From Eledone cirrhosa (taxonomy: Eukaryota): a stretch of DNA of 64,000 nucleotides. This document shows positions 26,930-41,736 of the stretch, piece by piece. Made by a program: the position numbers and the translations under genes. Each line of letters opens with the position of its first letter. The first letter of the stretch is position 1. The notes under the pieces are model-generated. The model ran no database searches, was not told where the DNA came from, and worked only from the letters and a program-made list of their open reading frames with translations. The stretch is from contig OZ024749.1 in assembly GCA_964016885.1 (NCBI GenBank), positions 47,926,001-47,990,000 on the forward strand. Reading direction: 5' to 3'.

Positions 26930-29407
26930 ACGTTAAAACTGATAGAACTATGAAATTTTAACTGCTCAACATCCTTTGAATCACCAATACATATTACATG
27001 ATAGATTATGTCAAATTTCACGGATTTCTAGTCATTTGTTAAGTATTCAATTCGAAAATACCATTATTTAAGCAACATTATATGCCACTCTTCAACGGGT
27101 GAACACATCATTTGAAAGTATCAATGTCATATCTAATAACCTATAAACAATTTTTCAGTTAACCATCCCGTATCACTCTTTCTAATGTGCAGATGCATAT
27201 GGTATGTTATTCAAAGTTAGTGAAGAGTTTTAAAAATGATTCAAGTGTTAAAAAGAACACACATTATTAAACAAATAAATAAAGGAGAAAGACATTATAT
27301 GAATATAACAGCTGATATACAGTAACACTCAATAGACAACGGTTTATAATACTATACAGTATACATGAATGGATTAATCGGGAAGTTAAGCTATAAGCAA
27401 TTATGATGATATCAATGTAGATATCGACATATCGACATTAATATTCATAGTTGTTGAACACTTATCTTGATACCTCATTCAAATTTTAAGCAATTACAAA
27501 ATGCTCTGAAATTGATGTTGAAGTATATAAGTTGAATACAGTTAGATCATTTCCACAAATAATTTTCATTTCAATCTTAATGTTGATCCTTCTAAATTGA
27601 TTCCATTGAAATGTATAATGTAAAATCAAATCAGAATTAAAACACCCTCCTCATAATTTAACATATGAATCTGAAGTACATACTAACGATATCTATTTAA
27701 ACATAACATTTACTCTCTCTTTCACTCTCATTATACATTTCATGAGAGAATAAAAACCATAAATTTATAAATGAATTGGTAGATATTAAAAACATAAATT
27801 GCAATTCTTGTTATTACTATAGGTAGTAATAACGTTTAAGGTTACGATTTAATGCGTATTCTACAGGCAATAATCACAATTAATTTTATGTAATTAGTTG
27901 ATATACTTCTGATGTTTCAATGTCATGTAATAAAATATGTTTATGTCATTGGTAGTTAACATACATCTCTAGTTAATTTCATGCTGCTTACTATCTTTCT
28001 AACTCCTCTTTCTCTGTGTACAGATGTGTGTGTACTCATGCGGCACCGTTGAACTTTTTATACAGAAAACTATGAACTTCGAACGGAATGTCGGTTGATA
28101 TATACGATATATTCACCTACCAAATTCACTAGGAAGCTTAAATTATCAAACTGCGAGTGTGATTAACGTAATCCCTTACTGTATCGACATATTGCTGCAG
28201 TATTGATATTTAAGAGTGGAGTTGACGCAATTGTGAAATCAATAATTGATGTATTGTGGAGTTTAAAGTAAGAATGTTACAACAATTATATCGAATGCCA
28301 ATTGCATTAGATACGACACCAATCTTCAGATTGAATCAGCGTATTTAACATTATTTATAGTATCTAGCGATGGTTGGAAATAATTTCCTCTTTACCTGAA
28401 ACAATTTGTTATAGCATCATGTATATGCAGAGCATTGAATGTAGATAAGAGTAACTATTATCTTTTTTAATCCGTCTCTAATTAAGCAAGAATGAATCTT
28501 AAACCTGGTGTGAGATATCGAATAGTGTTGTAAAAGATAAAATGCACATTTAGTATAACGTTACAGTTCAGAGTAGACAATACATTGGAATATATTACAT
28601 TGATAGTGATCACAGTAACATTTGAACAGGATTTACTGGAATATAAAAGTTTACGCTGGAATAGGGTATGAAATATTCAACTTGAATTATATGCTTCTAA
28701 TCAATAAAAAGATTGCGTCAAAATATACCACGTATACATAAATTAATTCTATATTAATCAATACAGATATCAGCAAATTACACCGAATGCATTCTTGGCG
28801 CTCGTTCGGTTAGGAATAGCAGAAATGTCTCCTGTAAATTATAGCTTGCTGTCTTACAAAAGAAAGGTGACTTAGGTAAACAGATACCTAAGATATGGGA
28901 AAATGTGTGATGATGTTAGCGGGGGAGTTTTTCATTATAGGCTTGCTCCATAGAGAGGGACGTGTTTAAACAGCAGCAACATATAATGTGAAAATACATA
29001 CGCCAGAAACACTGCGTATGGTGACAAGGTAACTATACTATAATGTAACTGTTTCTCTTGAAATTGAATCCAAATCTCACCTAAATCACACACTAAACAG
29101 CGAAGCGAGAAAACAATTAATAATATAGATCTATGTACATTATATACGATGGATAATAAGATGAGGCAGACGAAAACATAATTATATTCTTTTTCTTCTT
29201 TCATATGAGTTAATATCAGATTGTTGTCGTTCGGCAGATCGAAATCAGATTTTAGTGATCCGGTTCCTGGGTCCAACGTGAGTAGATCAACAACCCTGGG
29301 CCCCATAATTATGTAAATCATAGCTCTTGAAGACCGGAGCTGATAAAGTGCTGCAATGAACAATGGAAATGTTGTCAAAGGCGTCTGAATAATGAAGCGT
29401 GTTAAAA

Positions 29408-29515
29408 ACAAGTGTAATGTGGGAGAAGGAATGGGTAAGACAGATTGGTGTGGTATTTTAAAACGGGTGTAATGTGGGAGAAGGAAAAGGTGAGATAGAT
29501 TGGTGTGGTATTTAA
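29408..29515. repeat. ~55 bp tandem duplication
   Basis: GTGTAATGTGGGAGAAGGAA...GATTGGTGTGGTATTT x2. Confidence 0.9.
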
Positions 29516-29544
29516 AAAATTATATTTCATAACCTTATGACGGA

Positions 29545-29659
29545 GACGAGGCAGGTCGTTTCGTAATATTGACAAAAACCTAAGAACTGATAATTAATAT
29601 TAGGTGTAAATCACCGAATCCCCCACGCAGTGTGATTATATCTTAAACTGCTTCATCAA
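29545..29659 (-). ncRNA. Decayed hammerhead with ~90 nt expanded stem II
   Basis: Minus strand: TTGATGA-A-GCAGT-[~80 nt]-ATTAC-GAAA-CGA-cctgcc-TCG-TC^; C3 mutated, stem I poorly paired. Confidence 0.5.
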
Positions 29660-29979
29660 TAAATCTTCTTGCTTCATTCTAACAGAAAGACGATGAAAAT
29701 AATCGATACGTCTCATGAGGCTGAAAGTTTACATCTATTTGTCAAAACAATGTTTCATTAACTTGTCTAATCTGTTAGCAAAGTCGTCTACCTTGAAAAC
29801 GTTAAGTGAAGTTGCAACGGATATCGCCTGATGTTCTTGGCCTACCCTTCCACATCATCTTTATCAGCATCAGCATCAGCATTATCACCATCAAAATATT
29901 TAGCATCTCCATCCTCATTACCGCCAAAATCATGAAGCCAACGAAGATATGTTTGTCGAAGTAGTATCCCGTATGTCAG

Positions 29980-30292
29980 TCGGATCTGGCTTTCCAGCTC
30001 TTCGGTCCAAATATTTTTCAGAACCTTCTTTTATAATTCCTTCTCACTGGTCTTGTAAGGGCCTTAAGATGCCATATTTTCTCAATTTTAATTGATAGGT
30101 CTTTATATTTACTGAGCTTTCAGAACACCTTCGAGGAGATGTTACGATCTGATGCAATACTCATGACAATTAAGAAACGTTTCTTTTTATGGTCCTTCAC
30201 AATTATATCATGTCTGTTGACCTTCATTGGTCTGTCAGTATTCACAGGGAAATCACAGAGGATTGATACATTCTCGTCTCCTGTTACTTCAT
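29980..30292 (-). pseudogene. Restriction-like endonuclease (RLE) domain fragment of an R4/Dong-type non-LTR retrotransposon
   Basis: Translation ILCDFPVNTDRPMKVNRHDIIVKDHKKKRFLIVMSIASDRNISSKVF*KLSKYKDLSIKIEKIWHLKA...GIIKEGSEKYLD matches the RLE pattern WDF..TDR...NRPD...K..KY.DL; in-frame stop. Confidence 0.85.
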
Positions 30293-30358
30293 AGTGTATT
30301 GGTAGAGCATCGGCCAACAAGCTTTGCATCATAGAGATCAACATCGCCACTCATAATT

Positions 30359-30460
30359 ACGGGGCCGATAAAATAAACACCAGTAATGTACTGTTGATTT
30401 AATCGACTTTCACCTCCCGTAAAATTGCTGGCCTTGTGTCTAAATCAGAAATAATTATTA
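30359..30460 (+). mobile_element. SINE family A, 3' half
   Basis: ACGGGGCCGATAAAATAAACACCAGTA...GATTTAATCGAC...TGCTGGCCTTGTGTCTAAATCAGAAATAATTATTA. Confidence 0.8.
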
Positions 30461-30690
30461 GGCCAGTGGATTGGCAGCAACAGTAGAGCGTCGGGCAACA
30501 TGATTTGCGGCACAGAGTTACGGCTCTTTACATTCTGGGTTTTAATCCTTCCGAGGATAGATTTGCCTTGAATCCTTACGGCGTTCGGTAAAATAAAGTG
30601 CCGTTAAAGCAATGTGGTCGATTTAATCGACTTTCTCCTCACAGTGAAATTGTTCGCCTTGTGCCTAAATCAGAAACCATTATTTTTATT
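30461..30690 (+). mobile_element. SINE family A, full length, inserted in tandem at the tail of the previous copy
   Basis: GGCCAGTGGATTGGCAGCAACAGTAGAGCGTCGGGC head, core, TGTGCCTAAATCAGAAACCATTATT end. Confidence 0.82.
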
Positions 30691-31169
30691 GCTGTTCTTG
30701 TTGTTTTATTGTCATAGATTTTCATTTTCCTTCCATTTTTCCTATTCCTCCACCATACCTGCCTCAAAATCCCCATCACCACCTTAACTTCCTCCTTTCC
30801 CACTTGATGTGGTTTTGTGGCCATCACAATTGTTGTATTTTATATATGTTATCAAAATCTACTAAACACCATTCTTCTTATTCACTTCGTTGGCCACATT
30901 TGACATATTTTATTACTTTTGTCATCATAAACAGATATTTATTTTCAGAAATATATCTTTATACTACATATTCTAGATCAATCCAACTAACACATTGTAT
31001 CTAGTTGATCAGTTGGCTAGATAGTGGTGCTAATCTCCCTTAATTTTACGTTAAATAAAGAAAGAAAAAGTTTCGGTTATTTTTTAAAGGCAGATGTATA
31101 ATGAAGGGAACTTCAGGGATTATATATACGTTTCGTCTGTCTAAAATGTCTATGTATGTAGAAAAACCG

Positions 31170-31330
31170 AAAGGCAACGAATTGGCACAGTAGGTAAAAC
31201 GTCGGAAAGAATTCTTTATGGTTTTCGTTCCGGCTCTCTGCTCACGGAGTTCAAATTCCGTCAGGGTCAAATTTGCCTTTCATTCTTTGAGGTCGATAAA
31301 AAAGTATCAGTCTAGTATTGGGGTCGATTC
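31170..31330 (+). mobile_element. SINE family A, 3'-truncated
   Basis: GAATTGGCACAGTAGGTAAAACG, GAGTTCAAATTCCG, TTTGCCTTTCATTCTTTGAGGTCGATAAAAAAGTATCAGT. Confidence 0.8.
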
Positions 31331-31437
31331 TTCTTCTATATGTCTTTCTCATTTCCTCTCACTCATTTTCCATCTTTCTCTGGTGGAAATGTGCAGTACT
31401 CAGACCTCTAAATGCCCAAGAAACGCTGTATATGAAT

Positions 31438-31579
31438 ACAGCGCTCCTACGACTCTATCAGGTGTTACGGGACCCTACATACATAGAGAGAACGAAACAA
31501 ATATTAACATTATTCGGCGCACATGATAATGTTTAATCAACGTTCAAAACCGTCATGTGGGAGTATAACATTTGATTTA
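31438..31579 (+). repeat. ~140 bp direct repeat, copy 1
   Basis: ACAGCGCTCCTACGACTCTATCAGG...CATGTGGGAGTATAACATTTGATTT recurs at 32411-32549. Confidence 0.85.
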
Positions 31580-32410
31580 AATTTGATAGTTATGAATTGT
31601 AAATTGTACTTTCGTTTTTCACCGTTAACTATAAAGGTATCGGTTTTTTATCACAATTTAATTAAAGATTAAATGAAAACAAATGATAGTTTATTTACAA
31701 AATTACAATGCCAATTAAATGCTTGATTAAATGCTAATTTATATTTTTTGTTTTTTTTTGTTAACACAGTAACAGTTATATTTGACTAAAGTGGCTTTAG
31801 TCACATTTATAATAAAAGGATATGTGTTATTCATATGCAAGCATGCACATGTGTACATCAATGTTTGCATATATAATTTGTAATTCACGAGTAACATTCC
31901 AGGTCATCATCTCACCAAGGAGCACATTATTGTTGTCTGTATATTTTGTTTTCTTTTTAAAGACGATAGTCGTGTACAAATATGATTCATTGAAAACATA
32001 CCATATCGTATCAAAGATATATTGCATGCAACATGATTCCATTTCAGCTTTGCTGTGATGACATTTTAGGTTAGGGGATATTATAAGATACCGGAAGAAA
32101 TTCATAATTATATCTATATAAGGTTAAATATACAAAGCAATACCCTGTCAATGGTATATTTAACATATTTAAGTAGTATAATGTCATATTTTTGTTGATA
32201 TTTGAAATAAGTAGAGACATCACTGGAATATTTGTAACTAAAATGGCATTGAATAAAATAGCATAGAGATACTTTATGATTCGTAATCTAATATTGATTG
32301 AACCAAGAACAATTTTAATCTATCCAACCAACAATAACACAGCTTCACTGTATTGAACTTTACTGACAGTCAGTAGATTAAGGATATGGTAGTGGATATA
32401 TTATGTGAGA

Positions 32411-32549
32411 CACAGCGCCCATACGGCTCTATCAAGTATTATGGGACCATACATACAGAGAACGAAACAAAAAGTAATATAATTCTGGCGCATGTGAATA
32501 TGTTTAATCAACGTTCAATCAGCCATGTGGGAGTATAATATTTGATTTT
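32411..32549 (+). repeat. ~140 bp direct repeat, copy 2
   Basis: ACAGCGCCCATACGGCTCTATCAAG...CATGTGGGAGTATAATATTTGATTT. Confidence 0.85.
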
Positions 32550-32551
32550 AG

Positions 32552-32832
32552 AGTGGAGTCATGTGACCTAGTCGTAAGGGTGTTGGAGTTACGATCATAA
32601 TGTAGTGGGATCGATTCCTGGGTTGCGCGTTGTTTCCATGACCCAAACAGTTCCCGTTGCTCCAGTATACCCAGCTGAAAAGGAGTACCAGCAATAGGCG
32701 GGTGTTTTACCCTGCGATGGACTGGCGTAAAGTCCAGAGTGGAGTCTTGTACTCTCAGTCGTTTCACGCCCGGCAACTAGGATAAGCACGGGCCAAAAGG
32801 AACCTTCTGGCTTAAGACAGACTTTAGACTTA
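32552..32832 (+). mobile_element. tRNA-derived SINE with a V-SINE-like internal block
   Basis: A box TGACCTAGTCGTAAGG, B box GGATCGATTCC, TTGCTCCAGTATACCCAGCTG, CCCTGCGATGGACTGGCG, short tandem tail AGACTTTAGACTTAGA. Confidence 0.75.
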
Positions 32833-35800
32833 GATAGGATATATATGCAATAGAGGAATTAAACATATTCTCGCAAGTTTAGAAATCAAATTTCTCTTCA
32901 CGTGACTATGTAGCTATTGAAATATTTGAGGATAATCTCGCTCATCTCACAAAATATTTAGTCTGAAATTATTTCGTTTCTTTTTACATGAAATCTCTCT
33001 GATCAATAACAATACATGATGATTTATGCCATAGGAATGTAGATTTATACATGTACAATTCTACTATTGTATTGATTAAATACGCTCGTGTTCATGGAAG
33101 TATTTATTGATGTTAATGTCAGCAACAGACGAATATATATTCATTTTTTTAGATCAATATTAGCCTTGTGTCTAATTAAGGTATATCACTATATTATAAA
33201 CTAATAGATAATAGGAATGTATAAGATAATAAATGTGCTAGGCATTTATAACATAGATGCGTTCACTCCGTCTCCATATGTTATACGTTATTGGAGTGCA
33301 TCCCTATCCATCATACGTCTGCAATAAAAGGAAATTATTTTATGACTCAAACATTTATCTAATCTCATCTAAAACTGTATGCTGTATCATTCGATGAAAC
33401 CGCATAATATTTGTATAGGAAATCGGTATTCCTGACAAGATTTTATAACTGGTTTATAGATTAATTTATAGAATTTTAAGTTAAATATGTCATTTTCAAA
33501 ACTTAAATTTCCCTACTCTCAAGAAGACGCAGTATAATCTCTTTCACACATCAACTCTATAAACCTATGACGAGACATTTCATTTGTCAATGAGATTACG
33601 TGTGCATTGGGCCTAGGAAAATTGTGATATGTCTATGGCTAGCTCATATTTGACCATATATTCTGATCGATTAACTCAAACCATGGGTTGAACATAAAAA
33701 TTAATCCATGGAAATATATGCGTCCATTGAAGTTTATTCCTGACCGGTATGTTAGATGACGTTTGGTTTCCTTCCTCATCAAAGCCTGTGCGAATGACAT
33801 GAATATATGGGTGATCACAAGACCATGTCATGATAGGAAGGTCAGTGTGTTATTTATAAAATGAATCTAGTAGAAGGTATTGTACACAAGATATGTATAA
33901 GTGGAAGAGAGTTAGGATTGTTAATGGGATGCGATAGGAGATAAAACAATATGATGACGAATCAAGAGCTATTCAAGTAGGAGAAGAAATGTTATTAAGA
34001 TGCACCCAACTCTGTTTTAACATTCAAACTGTTATATCGTATAGTATTCTAGTACAAGAGAGATGAATATAACATGGGTTGCAACCGTAAGGGTTGCAAT
34101 GAAACTAGGAAGGACAATTTTAATCGTTTAACATTAGAAATATAGGACGCCGTGATTAAGGTGGAAAAATATCTTAGATATTATATTAATTATATGGTTT
34201 GTGGATGACATAAAACTAAACCTCGTCATATATATATATGTATATATATATAAAGAGAGAGAGAAAAAGAGAGAGGTATGTGTGTGTCTATTAGTATGTG
34301 CGTTTATGTGCAAGTGCATGTGTGTGTTTGTGACCTTCATATTATCCCCCACCCATTGAAGAATACTAAAATATTGCCTATATCATAATGAAACAACGCA
34401 CGATAATATTTCATATTATTCTTTAATATATATATATATATATGTGTGTGTGTGTATGTATATGTATGTGTGTGTGTGTACGTGTGGGTATCTGTGTGTG
34501 TGTGTGCGCGTGCGTGTGTTTATGTAGCTTTAAACATATAGGTGAAGCACTTTATTTACAAGAAATTATGTATTAATTAAATTGCTTCTCTTTCCTGCAA
34601 CCGTATCCACAGGCATTTCCATAACCATATTGTACGCATATATTCTAAAGCTACGTCTATCGTCATCACGTACTACAATAGATCATGCGATTTTGAGAAG
34701 ATTTTAGAACCCAGAGCCTTCCAGCTATTTGCCTACAGCTGTTCGGTTTCTTATGTATAATCCTTGTTAAATAGAAGTAATTAGTAAAGCAAGATAACAT
34801 TATTTATTTCTATAATGCAACGTATCCCATAGGCTAATTATTTTGTCCTGTCTTATATAATATATATAGCATATTCAGTCATATTTACGTAACTTAAATT
34901 TACCGTTGTGTTTTCCATACACATGTGAATTTTGATAACCATCTGATACTGAACTTATGCCACACAATCACCTGGTTATTTAAATAAAATGTTCCTCCTT
35001 TTATTAACAATATCAACATAAGCCACTGAATGAGACTCTATACAATGTAATATGACTTTAACTGCAGAATGTCTTCTTCTTAAAACCTACTTTTGCAATT
35101 TTAGACTAAATAAATACATTTTTTGTTCTAGATAGACCATACCTCATCAACATAAACACTTGGAACGTCCCGTATAACAACATTGGCTCATAACAGATTT
35201 TAGAGCATCCCTGATATTAAAAACTAAGTATGAAATCTGAAATAATATATTGCTGTCCTTTCTAATATATATATATATATATATATAACATACGCGCGCA
35301 TGATTACTTCTCTACTCCTTGTCATCGCCACGTTTAATCCGTCTGTTTTCACACATGTTTCCGCCATGGAACCTTTGGCATACATATATATATTCACATT
35401 AAACGCAACCTACTTGATTGACAAATCTGAATATTTCATTTCTGACATAATCGATGATTTCCGATCTTTTACTCTAGAAAGCCTTGTCTTACATTTCTGA
35501 TGTTTTCTATGTACCATGAACATTATCATGAAATTCCTTACATGTTAACGTTTACAACAGTTTCTTTCCTCTAGCAGTTACGTTGGGCATTTGTTAAATT
35601 CTAAATTTCACACGAACGTTGAAGTATTGCGTGTGAATAGTCATTCATATCTCTTTTAATGAGAAAATAACATAATCTTTTGTCAACCAAATTATAGTGT
35701 ACATGTATGAAACATCTGGTAGTAATTTACAAAATTGTTAACTGATTAGATGTTTCTTATTCTAACTGCTCAGTCTCACACACATTTTCATAAACTGAAT

Positions 35801-36419
35801 CGAGCCGGCTTGACTATGTAATATTTGATTCATGGAGATTGTATAAATTCTGTGTTGTTAAATTATGAAGACAGTGACCATTAACTATTCTGGAGTCTCT
35901 GGCAGTTTTACACATTAAGAGAAAGACAACAAATATTTTCCATATATGTTGTGTGAGAGCTCTTTGTTTAAAGCTAAAATAAAATATGACCAAACATCAT
36001 GTCAATTTGGGTAATACTGTTGAGTGGCACTTTTGGAAATAAAAAAAAATAGTAACTCTGGAATATAAATGATTCATCATCTTAAAGATTTGGTATTTAG
36101 AAGTTAGATGTTGTATATTCCTTTCTATTTTGTTTAGATTCTAATGTATCTTAATTCAATTATACGTTTTCCCATGGAAGTTATTAGGGGAAGAAAAAAA
36201 CAAACAAAACACATGCGTGTTTGAAACACCTAAATTAGTTTTCATTTTAAATATTATAGAAATCGATATCCTGATTATTTTAGAAGATTTACGTACTTAT
36301 TTGAACCACTTGTGTATGGAACATATTTTCTTTATTTCTTGAAATTACTGATTAATTATTTTCGTTCGATTGAATTATTTTTCCTCTCATTAATATTGCA
36401 TGCAATGCAAGAGTAATAT

Positions 36420-36720
<301 letters not shown>

Positions 36721-38891
36721 TTTCTTCTGAGTGTGTATGAGTGTTTGTGATCGTTCATAAGCAGTCGGAAGAAAAATGATATCTAATTAGACGACAGCGT
36801 GTAAACATTTCGTAAATGCTAAGTGCCATCTCGGAAAACGATGGTCTCTCGTCACCATCTTATTGAAATAGAAACATATACGACGTCCTGAACTATAATT
36901 GGATATATTAAGAATAACAATGTAAAAAAAAATAGACTAAATCTGTAAAATAATGAAGGAAATCGTAGCATGAAAAACGAAAATATAAACACAAAGCCAC
37001 AAACATTTCAAAAACAACTAACAAGTAGTGATATAATGATTGCTTTCTTGAACATCGTTAAATAGAATATTTATAACGATTTTACACGAAAACGCTCAAA
37101 TTACATTATACGTGAATTTCTCTGCAAATTGCTATCCCATTATAAGAGATTTAAAATACTATCTTGCGGAAAATTACGAATTATGATCATTATGAAATCA
37201 AACATATCAAAATATGATATATTTTTTGTTTTCCTGATACTAGTAAATATTCAATTTGCCTTTAAATATGGTTTTATAAATATGCTTCCTATATCAGGCC
37301 AAAGCAGAATATTTTCGATGTTCGTATAGATTGCGGCGCTAAATAGAATCAAACTATTTTCCTTCGCAGAATAAGAAAATCAAAAAAATCATCCCATTAC
37401 TATGAGAGTGAAACATCAGCGTCAGAATAAACTAAATTAATGTTGGTATGTGCATCCTTTATATATGATCTCTAGACATCCTCATATAAATATGTCTTCT
37501 GGATGCATGATATACACACTGATGTGGTTCGGTATAATACAGGTTAAAACAAAAGCTACCTAGAACAAAGGGATTCCGGTGAAAATCAATATACAATGAA
37601 TACATGAATGCTATATATATATTGCATTACTGATATCCCTCAATTGGTACTCTGGTTTTCAGGGATTGGCGCTGATCAATTGGAAATTAGGTTTACATAG
37701 AGAAATTACAAACAACTTGTGTATAGCAAATATACTGATAAAGTTTGTGGGGATACATGCTATAATATAAATATATGCTATAATATTAGGAGAACAAAAT
37801 ATATAATTGTCATAGTGCCATGTTTTTCTCACTCACATACATAATGAAAACTCTATTATAACATACCTGATCATAGATTTATACATATAGATTAACATCA
37901 GCTACCAAACCATATGTCGAATTCCACGCGCATATCTATATCTCAGATTCGAATGTTTCATAAATTAAGGTCAACTCATGCATGATTTCTACATATATAC
38001 ATATATACACATATACATAGATTAACGCTAATACTGAATACTGCGATTTCTAGTTATCAGTACACTCATAAGCATACCGTACTAAATAAAGTATCTAATA
38101 GTAAAGTTAAAAATTATACTTTAAGTATATCTCAAGACATTGAGATAAAAGAACGAGACAATAGGCACAAGAATTGTGCATCCCACTATGTCTCAAATTT
38201 TGAATTTTATATTTATAAATATATATATGAATGAAATTGTTATAGTCATGCAGAAATCATTTCTATAATACATTTCGATATTCCGTGATATATATATATA
38301 TATATATAAAAATATAGATCACGTATCGATTTTGCAATAGAGCACAAATCTATAATTCCTAAAGCAGGTCATTGATTCAGCTAGGCGATAATTATGAGTA
38401 CATTTGATAATTAACGGATTCTAATGCAAGCAAGACAATGTCATTATCCTATCGAAGAGGTGTTTTACGTATATATGCACCGCACATTTGCAAACATATA
38501 TAAGGACTGTTATATTACACACATGCAAACACACATATGAGGAGAGGTGAATGCATTTCTGAATTAGGGGTGGGGACAAATTTGGACAATTTACTTGTAG
38601 TGTTTAGTATAGCTGATTGCATCTAATATAGTCAAAAATTGTTGATATGCGATAAACATAACGTTTACATAAATTGTAGCGGATATCCAAATAGATATAT
38701 ATTTTGGTAGTTTGGGGAGAACATAAAAATATTGGAGGGGATACATGCACCCCACCTCCATTTCCAGTGCCACTCTATATCTGTAATTTAAAAAAAACGC
38801 TCTCTGTCTTTTCCTAAGGTGTTAATAGATCGAGCTCCTTCGTATTTGTTAAAGAATCGGTATTATAACTAATTTATTCATCTCTTATATG

Positions 38892-38933
<42 letters not shown>

Positions 38934-39288
38934 TGTGTGTGTGTGTATGTGTGTGTGTGTGTGTTTGTGTGTGTTTATATACTTGTGTGAGTGCCTCAAC
39001 AATCCATCTAGTTGAGTAGTTTTGAGATGCAAATTATACGAAATAATTAGCTTGTTAACCATATCTTAATTGCATTGCCGTGCGACTACAGGCCGAAGGG
39101 TAGTTATTATGAACCATTGAATACATTAAATACTTAGTGATGCCTAAATAGTTGTATGTGACAAAACATTAGAGGGTTAATATACAGCAAGATGAACATA
39201 TATTAATCGCACCCACCTACATTAAAAGTGAACACACTAAAATGTGGAAAGAGTTGAGACAATGTTTTCTCCATGTTCTCCTCTACAT

Positions 39289-39602
39289 CAGAGATCAGAG
39301 AACTACAACCACCGACCCGCAGACCCGTAGTGGTCCGTGGATCATTTGCCTGCGGGTCACAAAGAAATAACCAACTTGTTTAAAATTATATAAATTGAAT
39401 ATTGTATCTTAATTTTAAAAAGATTTGTCTAAATATTCAATATTCATATACTCAATACAGGTTTTCTTCCCTATAATAAATTGTGCTTTCTATATTGCTC
39501 TTTTTATAGAAATGCACCTTATGCATATGTGGACATTTCTGTCCGCCGAAAATTTTCAGGCATGAGGCCGGTCCGTGGTATAAAAAAGGCTGGAGATCTT
39601 TG
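39289..39602. mobile_element. hAT/Charlie-type MITE with 8 bp target-site duplication
   Basis: Termini CAGAGATC ... GATCTTTG; subterminal GGTCCGTGG near both ends; flanks CTCTACAT (39281-39288) and CTCTATAT (39603-39610) fit the NTCTAGAN-like Charlie target. Confidence 0.8.
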
Positions 39603-40004
39603 CTCTATATGACTAAGAACAACCATATGCGCACTGTCATTGACACGTTCTTCCGGTACATCGTGAGGCAATTTTATTATCGGTATAAACATATATATTC
39701 AACCTGTATTGCATAGTATTTATAGCATCGAATATCTTTTTTTTTGTTATATCTTAGATCAACATAAACGTAGGCAGCTTCAATGCTGTGCACCTAGCAA
39801 TTCCCGAGCAGCTGTTAAACTCATATTGTTTGTTCATCCATCAAAACGGAAAGAGCATTGAAGCTCCGGATAGAAATCAATTACTGTGACATAATTCAGA
39901 ATCTACCAAGAGTTGACATAAGAACATTGCTACTGTGATTGATTGCTTTGATATAAACTGCCAACCATTCATTTAAAAAGTTGAGGTATAAAGTATAATG
40001 CGTT

Positions 40005-40130
40005 CTACAAGAGGCACAATGCCAGCAATTTGGGGGATGGGTAAAGTCGATTAAATTGACCCCAATGCATTACTGGTGCTTTATTTGTCAACCCCGTGAG
40101 GATGAAAGGCAAATAAAACCTCGGTGAGTT
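40005..40130 (-). mobile_element. SINE family A, 5'-truncated
   Basis: Reverse-complement core ACTGGTGCTTTATTTGTCAACCCCGTGAGGATGAAAGGCAAA. Confidence 0.82.
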
Positions 40131-40709
40131 GTGAAGTAAGTACGGAATCGGAACCAACTCTATACCGTGAAGGAGAGTGTGAGTTATAATGTCTAATCTT
40201 AGAAGAAACAAACCATGAAGATCTACACAAAGTGAGGAATATATGAGGTGGTAGCAACAGCTAGATACTGTCTAAACTAGAGAGTAGAAATAACGAAAGA
40301 AGAGCCATATCATGCGAAGAGAATCTTCGCGATTAAATGCTGCGTATCATTCTCACACATAGTTTGACCAAAATGTGTTTGTCTTGGCGGAAACAGCGGC
40401 CCCCAATAGATGGAAAGTACAGAGTTATTCAAAAACAATGAACTGATTTCATGAGGCATTGCTTCAGTTCTGAAACATCGTCATGGAATGAGTCAGTGAC
40501 CATTTAAAAGAGGAGTTATCTAACTTTTGAATGGCTGCAGCATAGCTGCTGTAGTCACGTCGTTCCTCCGACAACGTTTAGTTGGAGTCGAAAGTCTGTA
40601 CGACCCATTCGGTGACTGGTACGCACGTAATATTTGACGAAATTTGCAATATTATTAGTGATGCCCGAGTCACATCTGTTTTCTTTTTTGTTATATGTAC
40701 ACACACACG

Positions 40710-40743
<34 letters not shown>

Positions 40744-40968
40744 GTAATAATAATAAAATTGAAGACTAAAATCCAAAGAGGGCTCGATAAGGAAAATATA
40801 TATCAAATATATAAGAACCGTAGAGCAAATATTTATTAAAATAACAGATTAAAGTTTAAGCAAAGAATCGCTGCTTTCACCCTTAACGGGATCTTCTGAA
40901 ACTCTTCAGAAGATCCCGTTACGGGTGAAAGCAGCGATTCTTTGCTTAAACTTTAATCTGTTATTTTA

Positions 40969-40976
<8 letters not shown>
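40744..40976 (-). mobile_element. Family C element: tail plus fold-back with 72 bp arms containing a hammerhead-like motif on both strands
   Basis: 40829-40900 is the reverse complement of 40905-40976 (1 mismatch, loop ACTC); arm reads CAGAAGA-T-CCCG-tta-CGGG-T-GAAA-GCAG-cgattct-TTGC-TT^AAAC; TA runs on both sides. Confidence 0.88.
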
Positions 40977-41349
<373 letters not shown>

Positions 41350-41553
41350 CACAGGTTATTTACACACGCATTTATGTCTGCAGTTAGCAAATTTATTTTC
41401 TTCTAATGTCTCACTCGGACTATTACAAATAATATATTACTACAGCTTTTGAAATAATATAACTTCTCACTACAAAATGATACGCTATTTCGAAGGTGGA
41501 TTGTCGGGAAACTTGATATATTCTCATTTCATTGATTTGATTTAGAATAATAC

Positions 41554-41660
<107 letters not shown>

Positions 41661-41665
41661 TCCTC

Positions 41666-41733
<68 letters not shown>

Positions 41734-41736
41734 TCA

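Noticed and set aside
28935-29411. 158 aa minus-strand ORF
   Set aside because: No recognisable domain, non-ATG start, low-complexity hydrophobic composition expected from AT-rich DNA
38540-38775. Possible DNA transposon end (CAGTGCCACT)
   Set aside because: No matching opposite terminus or TSD found
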